Shown piece after piece: positions 62,851 through 64,000 of a DNA stretch of 64,000 nucleotides. The notes beneath the pieces were generated by a model. It was not told the DNA's origin and did no database searches. It was given only the letters and a program-made list of their open reading frames with translations. The stretch comes from Eledone cirrhosa (taxonomy: Eukaryota): positions 131,068,001-131,132,000 of the forward strand of contig OZ024744.1 of assembly GCA_964016885.1 (NCBI GenBank), given 5' to 3'. The position numbers and the translations under genes were made by a program. The stretch's first letter is position 1. Each line of letters begins with the position of its first letter.

Positions 62851-63050
62851 AACCCCAACTTAACTTAACCCCATTTTCACTCAAACCCAACTTAACTCAA
62901 CCCCAACTTAACTTAACCCCAGCTTCACTCAACCCCAACTTAACTTAACCCCAACTTCACTCAACCCCAACTTAACTCAACCCCAACTTAACTTAACCCC
63001 AACTTGACTTAACCCCAACTTAACTTAACCCCAACTTAACTTAACCCCAA
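62851..63050 (-). repeat. Inverted satellite island 33, subtype A, 200 bp
   Basis: CAAACCC and CCAGCTT markers, ACCCCAA|AGTC end. The upstream TAATTTGTGG is the same as for island 1. Confidence 0.95.
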
Positions 63051-64000
63051 AGTCGGGGTTAAGTTAAGTTGGGGGTAAGTTAAGTTGGGATTAAGTTGGG
63101 GTTAAGTTAAGTTAGGGTTAAGTTAAGTTGGGGTTAAGTTAAGTTGGGGTTAAGTTGGGGTTAAATTAAGTTGGGGCTAAGTTAATTTGTGGTTAAGTTA
63201 AGTTGGGGTTAAGTTAAGTTGGGGTTAAGTTAAGTTGCGTTTAAGTTGGGGTTAAGTTAAGTTAGGGTTAAGTTAAGTTGGGGTTAAGTTAAGTTGGGGT
63301 TAATTTAAATTGGGGTTAAGTTAACTTTGTGGTTAAGTTAAGTTGGGGTTAAGTTAAGTTGGGGTTAAGTTGGGGTTAATTTAAGTTGGGGCTAAGTTAA
63401 TTTGTGGTTAAGTTAAGTTGGGGTTAAGTTAAGTTGGGGTTAAGTTAAGTTGGGGTTGAGTTAAGTTGGGGTTGAGATAATTTGGGGTTAATTTAAGTTG
63501 GGGTTAAGTTAAGTTGGGTTTTAGTTAAGTTGGGGTTAAATTAAGTTGGGGTTAAATTAAGTTGGGGTTAAGTTAAGTTGGGGGTAAGTTAAGTTGGGGG
63601 CAAGTTAAGTTGGGGCTAAGTTAAGTTGGGGTTAAATTAAGTTGGGGTTACGTTAAGTTGGTGTTAAGTTAAGTTGGGGTTAATTTAAGTTGGGGTTAAT
63701 TAAGTTGGGGTTAAGTTAAGTTGGGGTTAAGTTAAGTTGGGGTTTATTTAAGTTGGGGTTAAGTTAAGTTGGGGTTAATTAAGTTGGGGTTAATTTAAGT
63801 TGGGGTTAAGTTAAGTTGGGGTTAATTTAAGTTGGGGTTGAGTTAAGTTGGGGTTAAGTTAAGTTGGGGTTATATTAAGTTGGGGTTAGGTTAAGTTGGG
63901 GTTAAGTTAAGTTGGGGTTAAGTTAAGTTGGGGTTTATTTAAGTTGGGGTTAAGTTAAGTTGGGGTTAATTTAAGTTGGGGTTGAGTTAAGTTGGTGTTG

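Larger units (their letters stand above)
1..64000 (+). repeat. Tandem satellite array, 16-bp monomer GGGGTTAAGTTAAGTT, telomere-like, on the order of 4000 monomers
   Basis: The monomer is readable from first to last base and the array runs off both window edges. The consensus has 6 G, 6 T, 4 A and no C. Recurrent substitution variants include GGGGTTGAG, GGGGCTGAG, GGGGTTCAG, GCGG, GGTG, GAGG, AGGG and TCGGGG. Length variants of 11, 13, 15 and 17 bp also occur. Confidence 0.99.

Noticed and set aside
149-63050. Islands as random fold-back chimeras from MDA or sequencing
   Set aside because: Breakpoints are identical and subfamily-specific variants co-segregate with flanking markers, which random chimeras would not produce. 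Read-level confirmation is still needed.
149-63050. Fixed periodicity of islands or nucleosome-length coding (175-200 bp)
   Set aside because: Spacing varies more than tenfold and island lengths drop to 127-152 bp. The similarity to nucleosome repeat length is not supported by anything else in the sequence.
1-64000. Protein-coding ORFs or a repeat protein
   Set aside because: Each monomer has two TAA triplets on each strand (TTAA is palindromic), and the 16-bp period rotates them through all frames. All six frames are closed within a few dozen bases.
1-64000. CRISPR array with islands as repeats and the intervening DNA as spacers
   Set aside because: There are no unique spacers, the lengths are far outside the CRISPR range, and no cas genes or leader are present.
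1-64000. Actively telomerase-synthesised terminal telomere tract
   Set aside because: Multi-kb inherited variant patterns, internal inversions and the absence of a homogeneous end point to recombinational amplification. A subtelomeric location remains possible.

Overview
The whole 64 kb window is one non-coding tandem satellite array. The monomer is 16 bp, consensus GGGGTTAAGTTAAGTT (TTAAG + TTAAG + TTGGGG), with the G-rich strand on +. I found no ORFs, RNA genes, transposase or CRISPR spacers. The array is interrupted by 33 short (127-200 bp) inverted copies of the same satellite (C-rich islands). All 33 share the same two breakpoints: a zero-spacer palindrome on the left (GTTGGGGTT|AACCCCAAC) and an inverted repeat with a 6-nt spacer on the right (CCC-AAAGTC-GGG). 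They fall into diagnosable subfamilies arranged in nested domains. Diagnostic monomer variants also reveal two recent near-identical tandem duplications (~5.3 kb and ~7.0 kb), long-range block homologies (~46 kb and ~59 kb apart), and an exact reverse-complement donor for part of one island just upstream of it. The sequence looks like eukaryotic telomere-like, subtelomeric or heterochromatic satellite, but the organism and chromosomal position cannot be determined from this window. All coordinates were read by eye and may be off by a few bases.
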